From contig NC_058368.1 in NCBI RefSeq assembly GCF_018350175.1, positions 195,488,001 through 195,552,000 on the forward strand: a stretch of DNA of 64,000 bases, written 5' to 3'. The DNA comes from Felis catus. Taxonomy: Eukaryota. This document shows, one piece after another, positions 38,001 through 50,012 of this stretch (its first letter is position 1; each line of letters starts with the position of its first letter). Position numbers and translations under genes: made by a program. The notes under the pieces were generated by a model. The model was not told the origin of the DNA. It was given only the letters and a program-made list of their open reading frames with translations, and made no database searches.

Positions 38001-40288
38001 TCCACCTTAGGATAGTCCTGTGAGATTTGAAGGCAGTGGCCAGGTTTTCTTGTCTGTTCTTGAGGCGGACCAACTTGTTCTGTTCATAGCACCTCCCATA
38101 CTTTGGTTTCGTGCCTCCTGCCACGTCTTGTCACCTCCTTCTGGATGCATTCAGTTTGTCAGTTTACCCTTCAAAATGCAAGCATATTTTAGGGGTCTCA
38201 CTAGACCCGATGTGAGCTCATCTGGCACCGCCCTCCCTCTCTGCCCTGACTGTGCCACATCCTGTTACAGACCAGGTTTGCTTCAGGTTGAACCCAAGGC
38301 AGGGGTCTGGTCTGCTTGAACAAGAAGATGGGCCCCACAACCATGGTTGCTGCCAAGATATAAAGGCCCTGTTTCCAGCCTTATTAGCTGAAGGGCTGCC
38401 CTTGAGTTCAAAGGAACTGAAGAGAACACCTGTTCCAACCCTGGTGCATGACAGATAGAGAAACTGAGGACCAGAGTGGGGGACTTGCCTAATGTCTCAT
38501 AGTAAAGCTGGAACCCGGGTCTCCAGGTGTCTCCCCCAGTCCTGTGTTCTCCCTACGTCCTGTGCTGCCAGCTGCCCCTCGAGCTCTCTTCTCCCAAGTT
38601 TCTCTTAACTCAGGAAACCCCACTGACCTTGCTAGCCCTCCTCCAGAGCTCAGTCCGAATGCCCCACCCCCAGCCCTGGGCCTCCCCGCTCTGCTTTTGG
38701 AAGGGGAAATTCTTGTGTTCCCCTCCCAGCTCCTGTCCTCTCCCACTGCAGGGTGAACTCTGCTCCGTGGCCTCTGAGGAGGAAGCTGCCAGAGTCCCAA
38801 CCTGGGGATTTTCCATGCAGTAGTTGCTTATCAATTCCTACTCGGCCCTGGGCTCCGTGTCCCCAGGCTTTCGTGATATCGGAACCACCTGCGTAGATGG
38901 GCAGATGGGAGCTTCCTGGCACGTGTACCACCCTTGGATTCTGTGGGTCTAGAACTGGGCCTGCGGGCTGTGTTAAACAAGCACTCTAGGTGGTTCTAAT
39001 ATGGGAGGCCCATAGGCCACATTCCTAGAAATACTGTTCTGGGCATCCTAACACACATGCCTGGACAAATCCCAAGTGGATTTCAAAAATGGTCCTGGTC
39101 CTCAAGGAGCCCCTTGGCCTAGCTGGAGAAACCTGGGTAGCCAGGTAGGTACTCACATGGGTGTCTAAACAGGCACTGGAGCATAGAGCTGATAGGAACT
39201 AACTCAGCCCTGGGGAGAGACCGAGGAGAAATGTTACATGAACTCAGCCCAGAAGCCTGAGAGTGTACGTCATGCTGGGATGGTCTTGAGCAGCTTGAGA
39301 TGCTCTTGGACACGTGGATGTGCATATTGGGACCAGAAGTACAATAGGCCTGTTTAGTTGGGCCCAGCAACTTTGCCGATTATTTTGTAAAAATGATACT
39401 GTTCCATGTTGGCAAGGTTGCAGTGACACTGGCCTTCTTGTGTGCTATTAGTGGGTGAGTTCTTTTAACCTTTCTGGAGGGTAGAACCCATAGCTTTGGC
39501 TATGTAAAAAAGTCAGTATGTTCACTAAAGCATAATTCGGAAATTAAAAAATGGAAATAATTCAAATACTCATGCAGATTATGCATTAAATGATTGAACT
39601 CATCCACAAGGATGTAATGTTTGAGTCATGAAAATTAATATGTGTACAGAATATTTAATGCCATGTAGTAAATGCTCATAATATATTTGAAAAACTAAAA
39701 TATCAGGAAGCATAGGTAACATTCCTTTAATGAATAAATTATTACTACTACTATAATCGGAAGATGTTTACAAATATTTACTAAGGAAGGAAGGAGGCCG
39801 AGGAGGACGGTAGCCTGAGGATGGATGGTGATGAGTCTTGGATGTTATTTGACGGAGTAATCCTGGGGAGTGGTTTCGTTAGGACCTGGGGACTCAAGCG
39901 CACAGTCACATCCTGCCTGTGGTCTGGAGGCTGTTCGTGGAGAAGAGTTTTCACTTCTCTGTGGCTGTTGTTTGGGAGAAGACAGTTTCTCATGAGCTTT
40001 ATGATCTGACTTCAGGCCAGTCTGAGGGAGATCTCCCAAAGCATTTCAGGGTCTTTGTTCTTCAGAAAGTAACAAACTCAGGCAATGTTTGAGCTCTTAG
40101 AATATGTCAGACATTATAGGTGCATTATCCCATCTAATCCTTAAAGCAACATTAGAAATCCGAGGTTTGAAGAGCCCATACAGTCACGCAGGGTTTGATT
40201 TAAGATTCGAATCCAGGTCTGGGTAATTCTAGAATCCCAGAGTTCTTAACCACGCAGCTCCAGTCTCTAAAGGGCTGAGGCTTGGTTC

Positions 40289-40496
40289 TTTTTTTTTTTT
40301 TTTTTTTTATGTTTATTTGATTTATTTTTGAGGCAGAGAGAGCAGGGGAGAGGCAGAGGGAAAAGGGGAAAGAGGAACCCAAGCAGGCTCCATGCCGACA
40401 GCAGAGAACCCAACACGGGGCTCGAACTCAGGAACCATGAGTTCATGACCTGAGCCGAAGTCAGACGCTTAACTGACTGAGCCACCCAGGCGCCCC
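40289..40496 (-). mobile_element. Can-SINE
   Basis: Reverse SINE consensus with poly(T). Confidence 0.85.
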
Positions 40497-42096
40497 AGTG
40501 CAGAGACCCGGTCCTGATGTTGATTTTGACATCAGGGCACAGTGTGATGGTGGCTTACCTCCCTGGGCTTCAGTGTCCTTACCTGTAATAGCCCTGCCTG
40601 TCAGTGCTATTGAGAGGATCTGAGGTCATAGGCTCCGAGTATGAACACCATGGGGATCGACTAAGACCTCCTTGCCTCTCCTTCACAAAGGAGGGAGAAG
40701 GGGCCCAGAAGAGGGAAGAGATTTATCCAGCTTTGTAGAGCCAGGCCTGGAATTCAGGAATTCTCAGTCCCATGAAAAACATTCCCAGATTAGTGTAACC
40801 AGTCGTGGCAACGGGGATGAGACAACCATTTATCTCCTCCTTCCTGCAGCCCAGGATAGAGAGGCTGGCTCCTGTCACTTCCCCAGATTCCTGCTTTGAC
40901 AGCTTCCCTGGCTTGTTCCCTGGCCAGGCACCCCCGCTCCCCGGGGCAGGGGGAGCTGAGTCTAAACAGGGTGAAAGGAAAACCCACTTGTCAGGCACGC
41001 CCAGCCACTGAGCAGATTTGAGGCACCAGGGCCTAGGGGAGGTACCAGGTTGGGTACAGCTTGTCAGGGGCTCACACCGTACCAGGCTCTGTGCTGGGCA
41101 CTGTGGGGCAGGAGCAGAAGGTTGTAGAAGCCTTCCCTTGACTTCTCTTCCTCCCCAACCAGAAGTATGCTTCCTAGCAGCGTTTCAGTCATTCTTGATT
41201 GTCAACCCATATCAACTCTCCTATTAAAAAATACGATTTATGAAACTTGATTATCTGGGTGCCACTGACACTGCTTTGGGATATAGCCTTTGGCAGTGCG
41301 GTTCCCTCCTTTGATCTGATCCAACCAATCCTGGCCAAAGTTGGTTAACGTGCCCAGAGGTATGGCTAAGATACCTGACTCTGCCAATTATCCACTAATC
41401 TGCTTTGGTTGAGCTCTAACATCACTCGGCCTCAACTTCCTGATCTTTAAATTGGGCACATTCATATTTCCCAGGTTCATTCTGAAGATTAGCTAAGATA
41501 ATATAGATAGGACATCATAGCGTCCGGTACATCCTGAGTACGGTGTCTTCCCCCCATCAGTCAAGGTAAGTACCCCTGCCTCCTTATAGTTGGGGGAATA
41601 CCCCCCTCTAACAAAGAATAAGCATGTAAAATCATGGCTTGGGCTTGTGATGCTTTGTCCCCAATATGGGGAACTTGGAAGGAAGTTGTGGTAGCCATAG
41701 GCCCTGAGAGGAAAGGGGAATTGTCTCTGAACTAGAGGTTGGGAAGTTTCAGCCATAACTGGAGTGAGGGTAATAGCAGAAGGTCTGGCCAAGTCCTGGG
41801 AGAAGAAAGAGGTGGGCAGGGAGGGCCCCGTGGATGGCAGCACAAACCACAAGGCTCTAAGGACAGGTCAACCAGCATCAAACTCCTCAGTGAGGGTTCG
41901 CCTGGAAATGATGAGAAATTCTGCTCTGGGAACCCCTTCCCCTTTGGCTAGTGGGGGAGGCAGCCTCAGTAACTGGATACAGGGCAGGCTCTGGCATAAC
42001 TGGAAGTTCTGTCTTGCCTTTGGAAGGATCCTACACCCATCCTCACATTGACCTCTACCCTCTACCCTCACGTCATTGTTGTCTCCTTTCTTCCAG

Positions 42097-42166
42097 AGGC
42101 GCCGCAAACCAGATCAGCTACCCAGACCACAGCCACAGGAACTAGGTCCCCTCAATGGGGACACAG
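42097..42166 (+). CDS. CCDC69: CCDC69 coding exon 2 (RRRKPDQLPRPQPQELGPLNGDT)
   Basis: Acceptor ctttcttccag|, donor CAG|GTGAGT; ELGPLNGDT motif as in human CCDC69; 70 nt, phase 0 to 1. Confidence 0.9.
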
Positions 42167-44133
42167 GTGAGTGGCCAGGCCTATATATGCCCTCCCCACC
42201 ATCCATGAGGTTTCCTGCCTTATAACCAACAAAGGTGATAGAGCTGTTTAATTATCTCATGAGACCTTAAGTAAGTTACATTAATAGGAGTATCATGTCT
42301 AAAATGAGGGAGGTGATAGTCCTGACCTGTACTGGCCTGTTCCTGGCTATTGATGCCATACCTAGAGTGCGGAGTTTATTTCTGGAAAGTACACTTTCAG
42401 AAGAATCCAGAAAAATTGGAGGGAGTACAGTGGAAGGCAGATCAGGCTGGTGAGGAATCTAGAAGCCACGTCCTATAAGGAGCAGTTAAAGGAGCAGAGG
42501 ATGTTCTACCTGGAAAGAAGATACTGCAGTAAAACACAACAGTTCTCTCCAAGTGTCTGAAGTGCCCTCATAGAGAAGAAAGATAAGCCTTGTTCAGTGT
42601 GACTCAGAGGTCAGTAGAAGGGCTTCAAGGCGGCAGAAACAAGCAGGCAGAATTCAGCTCAACCTCAAAGGATTTTTTGTGTGATTGTTGTTTTAGAACC
42701 ATCAGAGCTGCCTCGTAATGAAACCAGCTCTCGTCTCTGAAAGTGTCCGGTTACAGGCTGAAGACTGTCAGGGACATTATAGATGAAGTTTAAGTTCCAG
42801 ATCAGCCATGGGACCAGAATTCAGAGGTTCTGTAACCTGCCTGTGCACAAGAATTACTTGGGGGAACATCAAAGATACGGATTCTGGGGCCCCGCCGCCG
42901 ACCAAGTAATTAAGAATCTCTGGGAGTGGGGCTGAAGACTATTGTTGGTGACGATATCTGTCTTATAAGCTTCTCCCTGGCTGGGGCCAGGTTGTGGACC
43001 AAAGTCTGGGATGCTGAGCCAAATGGTTTGTTTGAGTCTGGGGTTCTCTGTACTTGACCACTGCCATCCCCCAGGACTCAGGGCACTGACTCACTCCCCC
43101 AGTGCTGGCTTCCTGCCTGGAGCCCCGTTCCTCACCTTTCTCCCCGTGCCCTTTGCCAACCCTGTCGATGGAGCTCTGTAATAATAATACTAACGTTAAT
43201 AATAATACCCACCGCACCAGTAATGCCAGCCCCTCTAATGCTTGTCATGAGCAATAATGAATATCCAGAGAACATTCCGTAAACAATAAAGAACATTTAC
43301 TGAGCTACTTCTAAATGCCTGGCACTATGCTTCCTGCTCTTTGTGCATAAGCAGGCAGGATACGGTAGTAGCTAGGAGCGTTTGCCGTAGGGTCAGACGG
43401 TGTATTCACAGCCCTTCTCCCCGACTGTGAACTGGGTGATCCTAGACAAGTTGCATCACTTCTCTGTCTCTCAGTTTCCTCGTCTGTGAAATGGGGAGAG
43501 TGACAGTACCCACCACGTTGGGTTGTTGCGGGGACTAGGCGAGTAGTACCCATGAGGCACTTGGAACAGGACTGGCACATTCCCGGGCATGATATGCTCT
43601 CCGTATTCCTTACCTTGCTACTATTATTGCTGTTGCCATTGTTTCCCGATTTAATTATCTCAACAGCCCTGTGAGGTGGGTATTATTATTATCATCCTGA
43701 TTTCACATATTGGGTAACTGAGGCACAGAGAGGATGGGTCATGCCCTAGGTCACACCCAGAGCCTACTGGACTCAGAGCTGCGTGGGCAGGGCGGGTTTT
43801 GGAGTTTCCCTAAGCAAGAGCGAAGCTTCCTGTTGGCGCCTCCTTCCCACTCACGGCAGCCCCTCTGCCTCCAGCTGGGGGTGGGGCCTGCTAAAGGGCA
43901 GGGGTCACACACTCAGACACCTTCAGGCCCCAGCAGGTAAAGCAGGTGATGAGGCAGCCCCAGGAGAGAGAGGCAAGGCCTGGGGTAAATGGCAGAGCCA
44001 CACCCTGGACAAAGCAGGAGACAGGCCGGCCTCAGCTTCATACACTGCCAGTTCTCCCGCTCCTTGAAAACAAGTTGGACAGACATCTGTACATGAAGTA
44101 AAAGCTGCCCAGTTAGTAAACCTCAGCAACTAA

Positions 44134-44360
44134 TTTTTTTTTAATGTTTATTTCCTTATTTATTTTGAGAGAGAGGAGAGAGACAGCGTGAGTGGGGAAG
44201 GGGCAGAGAGAGAGAGAGAGGGAGAGAGAGAATCCCAAGCAGGCTCCGCATGGTCAGCACAGAGCTTGATGCAGGGGTTTGAACGCACGAACCACGAGAT
44301 CATGACCTGAGCCGAAATCATGAGTCTGACGCTTACCCCGACTAAGCCGCCCAGGCACCC
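44134..44360 (-). mobile_element. Can-SINE
   Basis: Reverse SINE consensus. Confidence 0.85.
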
Positions 44361-44689
44361 TGAAACTGATTATTTTTTAAATTTAGATATTAGCTAGAGC
44401 AAATTGCACCTTTACGGGCTGAGTCTGGCCTGCAAGTTACCAGCTCTGCTGTAGATCCTGGAGGACAACAAAATGAGCCCACTGGCTCCTGCACTCAAGA
44501 GGGTCTCCCAAGCCAGAGAGATGTGCGGGGTTGGGGGGGGGGGGCCTCTGGAGGTTGATCTCCCAACTGAAACCGTTCTTGAGGTGGACACTGGAGTTCT
44601 CATCCCTTAGCCCTGGCCTCCCACATCCTCTCTGCCGGACCCTGGCTTCTCCTCTGCTCTGTGTGCATTTTTTGCTTCCTCACTCACAG

Positions 44690-44796
44690 CCACAACTGTC
44701 CAGCTGTGCGCATCTGAGGAGGCTGAGCGGTGCCAGAAGGATATAACCAGAATTCTCCAGCAACACGAAGAGGACAGGAAGAAATGGGCACAACAG
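44690..44796 (+). CDS. CCDC69: CCDC69 coding exon 3 (ATTVQLCASEEAERCQKDITRILQQHEEDRKKWAQQ)
   Basis: Acceptor cactcacag|, donor CAG|GTAAGT; 107 nt, phase 1 to 0. Confidence 0.95.
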
Positions 44797-45321
44797 GTAA
44801 GTCCAGGTGACACAACCCCACCTGCGTTGAGCAGGAAAACCTCCTGCTCAGCTAACCTCGCTAAGTCCCAGAGTGAGGACCAACTTTTGATTTTGTTGTT
44901 GTAAGTATCTCTTGCTCCATTACCAAGAAGGGAGTCCTTTATCTTTTGAATAAATATTTGTAACGGCTTGCATGTAATTCATTATGTACATTATATGCAA
45001 TGAAAGGTCGGGAAACACTCTGATGCAGTAGAAAGACTTCCTGCCTGGAGCGGGCATCAGGGTTGGAAGACCCCTACTTGCCTTCCACCTAGACGGTTCT
45101 CTAGGAGCCCCCTTCCAAGCCCTAAAGAAGCAAAGTCAGCCACATCTGCTGTGTCTTGGAGGCCTTGCGCCCTCTCTGAACTCAGATTGTCCCCATCACG
45201 TAGACGACAGGGTGGGACTCTGATCACCAGCCTCTACAAAGCTCCAGGGTTCCGGGAGTGGATAAGCGAGGCTGTGCTGAACCTGCTCAATCTCACGCTG
45301 CTTACCACTTTCTGTCCCCAG

Positions 45322-45409
45322 GTGGAGAAGGAGAGGGAGCTGGAGCTTCGAGAGAAACTAGATGAACAGCAAAGAGCCCTGGAGGGAGAGCATGAGGAGG
45401 CACTGCAAG
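45322..45409 (+). CDS. CCDC69: CCDC69 coding exon 4 (VEKERELELREKLDEQQRALEGEHEEALQ)
   Basis: Acceptor tgtccccag|, donor AAG|GTAAGG; 88 nt; coiled-coil sequence. Confidence 0.95.
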
Positions 45410-45498
45410 GTAAGGATGGAAATGCTTCACCAGCATAGATGTAGAAGGGTCCTTCTTGCGCCCTCACCTCACCGAGTTCACAGGTGGTCTCCCACTGC

Positions 45499-45660
45499 CT
45501 CCTCCCTCCTGCCTCTAGCCCCTCCCCCCTGCCTCTAGCCCCTCCCTCCTGCCTATGGCCCCTCCCTCCTGCTATGGCCCCTCCCTTCTCTCACTGGCCC
45601 CTCCCTCCTGCCTCTGGTCCTTTCCTCCTACCTCTGGCTCTCCCCTCCTGCCTCTGGTCC
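45499..45660 (+). repeat. Minisatellite, about 8 copies of a 20-bp unit (CCCTCCCTCCTGCCTCTRGC)
   Basis: Direct reading of tandem pyrimidine-rich units just after CCDC69 exon 4. Confidence 0.85.
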
Positions 45661-46319
45661 ACAAGCAGTTGGCTGCCTCCGCACTGGAGTCTTCAGGATC
45701 CTTGGACTTGTCCTTTTAGGAATGGCTTTAAAACTCTGACGCCATGCTTTGTTTAACCTTAGTTGAGACGTTTTTTCCCTTAAAATTTTAAAAGCAATTC
45801 ATATTCCTTAAAGGAAATTTGAAAAATCTAGACAAATAGGAGAATTTTTAAATATCCATATTCCTTCCCTACAATGATGACAGCTCTTAAATTTTATGGT
45901 TAGGTTATTTATATGGTTAGTTATTTTTTTCAAATAGCTTTCTTTCCTTTCATATGTGATGTAACCATGATAGAAAATTTAGAATCTACGGACTAAACAA
46001 TACGATCTTATAGCATAGTGGTTAAGATCTCAGGCTCTGCAGCCACAGTCCCTGGGTTTGAATCCCAGCTTCCCCTCTTACTGGCTGTGCAACCTTGAAG
46101 AATTTAGTTAATCTCATTCCTAGGGTGTTTATGAGAATTAAATGATTTGTTAGACAGATAGATGGATAGGTAAAATTTAGAACAGTGCCTGATATTTCAT
46201 AAGATACTTAGCAAATAATGATTAGTACTTATTTTATTATTGCAAAAATTAAAATTGTGTACAATTCTACCCAGAACCAGTCACTAGTCACTGTTACCCC
46301 TTTAATATAGATCCCTTTC

Positions 46320-46321
<2 letters not shown>

Positions 46322-46371
<50 letters not shown>

Positions 46372-46701
46372 TATACACCTGGGATATTCTTCTATACACA
46401 CACACACACATACATTGGGGGGAGGAGATAAATTGATTTTTCTGTTTCAATGGTATTAACATCTTGTCATTTAACTTCTGTAATATAAGTTTTAGCAACT
46501 GCACAGCATTCCAATGCGTACCCTTATTCATTTAGTGAGCCCCATTGGTTAGGCATTTAGGTAATTTCAAACTTTTGCCACTGTTTATAATAGCAATGAT
46601 ACTTACACAGTGAACTCTTTTGTAAAATCTTTGCCACATTCATGATGTTATCTTTCAAAAAACATTCTGGTAGAGTTGGTGTGGCAAAGTATATCTATCT
46701 A

Positions 46702-46732
<31 letters not shown>

Positions 46733-46777
46733 ATATATATATATACACACACCCATATATATATATATACCCATATA

Positions 46778-46820
<43 letters not shown>
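46322..46820 (+). repeat. (TG)n 46322-46367 and compound (TCTA)n/(TA)n 46690-46820 microsatellites
   Basis: Direct reading. Confidence 0.9.
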
Positions 46821-46823
<3 letters not shown>

Positions 46824-46849
46824 TAAAATACATACAAGACTTACCATTA

Positions 46850-47640
46850 GTGACATTTAGTACCTTCACAGTGCCCAGCAACCATCACCCCATCCCGTTC
46901 CATCCCGTTACCCTAAAAGTAAATCTCATACCCACCAAGCAGTCACTCCCTGCACCTCCCCAACCTCCTAGCCCCTGATCCACTGGCAGCCACTGAGCCA
47001 CTCTCCGGTCATGGGTTTTGTCCATTCTGGATGCTCAATAAATGGAATCATACCATCTGTGACCCCCATGTCTGGCTTTCTTCACCCAGCATAATGTCTC
47101 CGGGTGCATCCATGGTGCACATTACATTTGCACTACATTTCTTTTTTCCCCTCCCATTTTAAAAGCTACTCCCTTCCTTTTTATGGCTGAATAATATTCT
47201 ATTATCATTGGCCTGGACACACCACATTTTGTTATCCATTCATTGGTTGGACACCCTTTGGCCACTGTGCATTGTGCCACTAGCAGACGCACCTGCTTGT
47301 ACACCTGCTTTCGGTTTCCCTGGGTGTACGTCTGTCCAGAAGTAGAGTTGCTGGGTCATACAGCACATCTGTGCTTAACTTTTTGAGAAACCGCCAACCT
47401 GTTTTCCACAGCAGCTGCACCCCTTTGCATTCCCGCCAGCAGTGCACGAGGGTTCCAATTGCACCACATCCTCGCCAACACTTGCTATTTTCCACTGTTG
47501 TTGCTGTTGTTATTATTGCTGTCCTAGTGAGGCGTGGAGTGGTATCGCATTGCGGTTTTGATTTGCATTTCCCTAATGCCTAGTTTTGCTGAGCATCTTT
47601 ACATATGCTTTTTGACCACTTGTGTATCTTCTTTGGCGAA
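46850..47640 (-). mobile_element. Old L1 3' end
   Basis: Minus frames give L1 ORF2 C-terminal-like peptides (KCWRGCGAIGTLVHCWRECK, EYYSAIKR). Confidence 0.8.
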
Positions 47641-47757
47641 GGTTGCGTGTATTTTTGACGCTATTGAAACAGACCTAGAAAATGCTATACTGGTGTTTCT
47701 TTTATTCATCAGTATTTGCATGATCTTTCCCCAGAACTCTCTTTTAAAATACAGTTA

Positions 47758-48069
47758 GGGGGCGCCTGGGTGGCGCAGTCGGTTAAGCCTCTGAGTCTTG
47801 ACCTCGGCTAAGGTCATGGTCTCACCATTTGTGACTTCAAGCCCTGCATCAGGCTATGCACTGATATTGGGGTGCCTGGGTGGCTCAGTCAGTTAAGCGT
47901 TTGACTTCGGCTCAGGTCATGATCTCACAGTTTGTGGGTTTGAGCTCCACATTGGGCTCTGTGCTGACAGCTCAGAGCCTTGAGCCTGCTTTGGATTCTG
48001 TGTCTCTCTCTTTCTCTGCCCCTGCCCTGCTCATGCTCTCTGTCTCAAAAATAAATAAAACATTAAAAA
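47758..48069 (+). mobile_element. Dimeric/chimeric Can-SINE inside one TSD (AAAATACAGTTAGG)
   Basis: About 108-bp SINE 5' half fused to a second full SINE; direct repeats near 47746-47759 and 48067-48080. Confidence 0.8.
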
Positions 48070-48663
48070 ATACAGTTAGGATTATTTTGTATGTAAAATG
48101 TTAAGATCCTGTTCTTTCCATTTGACATTGTTTCCAACATGTTTCCAAATAATCATGCTGCTTCTAAAGGTTTATAAAGGTTAGACCACTGCATACACGG
48201 TTTTCCTTATTTCCGGTGAGTCTAGACATCTAGATTTTAACTACTGTAAGTAACACTGCACCAAAAGTCTTTTGCATAAATCTGTGCAGACATTTCATGT
48301 TATGTCCTTAGATTCCCAGAAATGGAATAACTAGAACAGAGGTCTGAACTTTTAAGATTCTTGAAACATATTGCAACATTAGCACAAAATGTTTTGAAAT
48401 GGAATTGAAGCCCTCACCCTGGGAATTTGAAGAGTTATGTTTTAATTCCAATGTGCTGTGTGATACTGGGCCTGTCACTCAACTTCAGTTCAGTTTCTAC
48501 ATCTCTAGAATCTACCTTGAATCTCAATTCATTTTCCGTATGTCTACAGTGTACCTTCCCCACCTCATGATGCTATTGTGGGAAAGCAGCTTTGCTGTCT
48601 GTGCATTGCTTTGATACTATTTTTTAGCATAATAGATAGGTTGATAAGAAAATGTTACTGTTA

Positions 48664-48894
48664 GGGGCGCCTGGGTGGCGCAGTCGGTTAAGCGTCCGAC
48701 TTCAGCCAGGTCACGATCTCGCGGTCCGTGAGTTCGAGCCCCGCGTCAGGCTCTGGGCTGATGGCTCAGAGCCTGGAGCCTGTTTCCGATTCTGTGTCTC
48801 CCTCTCTCTCTGCCCCTCCCCCATTCATGCTCTGTCTCTCTCTGTCCCAAAAATAAATAAACGTTGAAAAAAAAAATTAAAAAAAAAAAAAAAA
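48664..48894 (+). mobile_element. Young Can-SINE with TSD AAGAAAATGTTACTGTT
   Basis: Nearly identical to the copy at 34874; long poly(A); perfect TSD. Confidence 0.93.
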
Positions 48895-49152
48895 GAAAAT
48901 GTTACTGTTGTAAAAACCCCAGAGGAGAAGGGACTGCCTATCTTGAATTCTTCCCATCAGAATTCTTTCTTAGTTATTTCTAAATCACTTGGCTTATATA
49001 AGGTGGTACATACATGTGTATTAAATGAATGCTCAAAAGCATAGTGGGAGGGGAAATACAGGATTCTATTTGTTTGGGGTGTGGTATACAGATAACTGGG
49101 AGAAACAAGTGGTGTTTTTTGTTTTTTAATATTCTGTGTATATCTTGAAGTT

Positions 49153-49694
49153 TTCTTTATTTTATTTTTTATTTATTTTTAATGTTTTTATTATTTGTTT
49201 TTGAGAAAGAGAGCAAGACAGAGTGTGAGCAGGGGAGGGGCAGAGAGAGGGAGACACAGAATCTGAAGCAGGCTCCAAGCTCTGAGCTGTCAGCACAGAG
49301 TCCAATGCGGGGCTTGAACTCATGAACTGTGAGATCATGACCTGAGCTGAAGTTGGATGCTTAACCGACTGAGCCACCTAGGTACCCCTGTTTTGTTTTG
49401 TTTTGTTTTGTTTTGTTTTGTTTTGTTTTGTTTTCATTTTCTTAACAATGTATGTTGCAAAGCAAAGCTTTTAAATTTTTTTTTTTTTTTACAACGTTTA
49501 TTTATTTTTGGGACAGAGAGAGACAGAGCATGAACGGGCGAGGGGCGGAGAGAGAGGGAGACACAGAATCGGAAACAGGCTCCAGGCTCTGAGCCATCAG
49601 CCCAGAGCCTGACGCGGGGCTCGAACCCACGGACCGTGAGATCGTGACCTGGCTGAAGTCGGACGCTTAACCGACTGCGCCACCCAGGCGCCCC
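49153..49694 (-). mobile_element. Two minus-strand Can-SINEs separated by (GTTTT)n; second is young with TSD CAAAGCAAAGCTTTTAA
   Basis: Reverse SINE consensus; TSD visible. Confidence 0.88.
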
Positions 49695-49699
49695 CAAAG

Positions 49700-49960
49700 C
49701 AAAGCTTTTAATTTTGATGAATTCCAATTTGTTTTTCTTGTATTGATTATGCTTTTGGTGTTGTATCCTAAAAATTTTATGCCAAACCCCAGGTAACAAA
49801 GATCTTCTATGTTGTCTTCCAAAATTTGTATGGTTTTAAATTTTACGTTTAGATCTATGACCCCTATAATGGTGTGATTTTTCTTCTTTGGACTGTTAAT
49901 ATGGTGGATTACATTGATTTGAGTTTCTTTCTTTCTTTTCTTTCTTTCTTTTTCTTTCAC

Positions 49961-50012
<52 letters not shown>

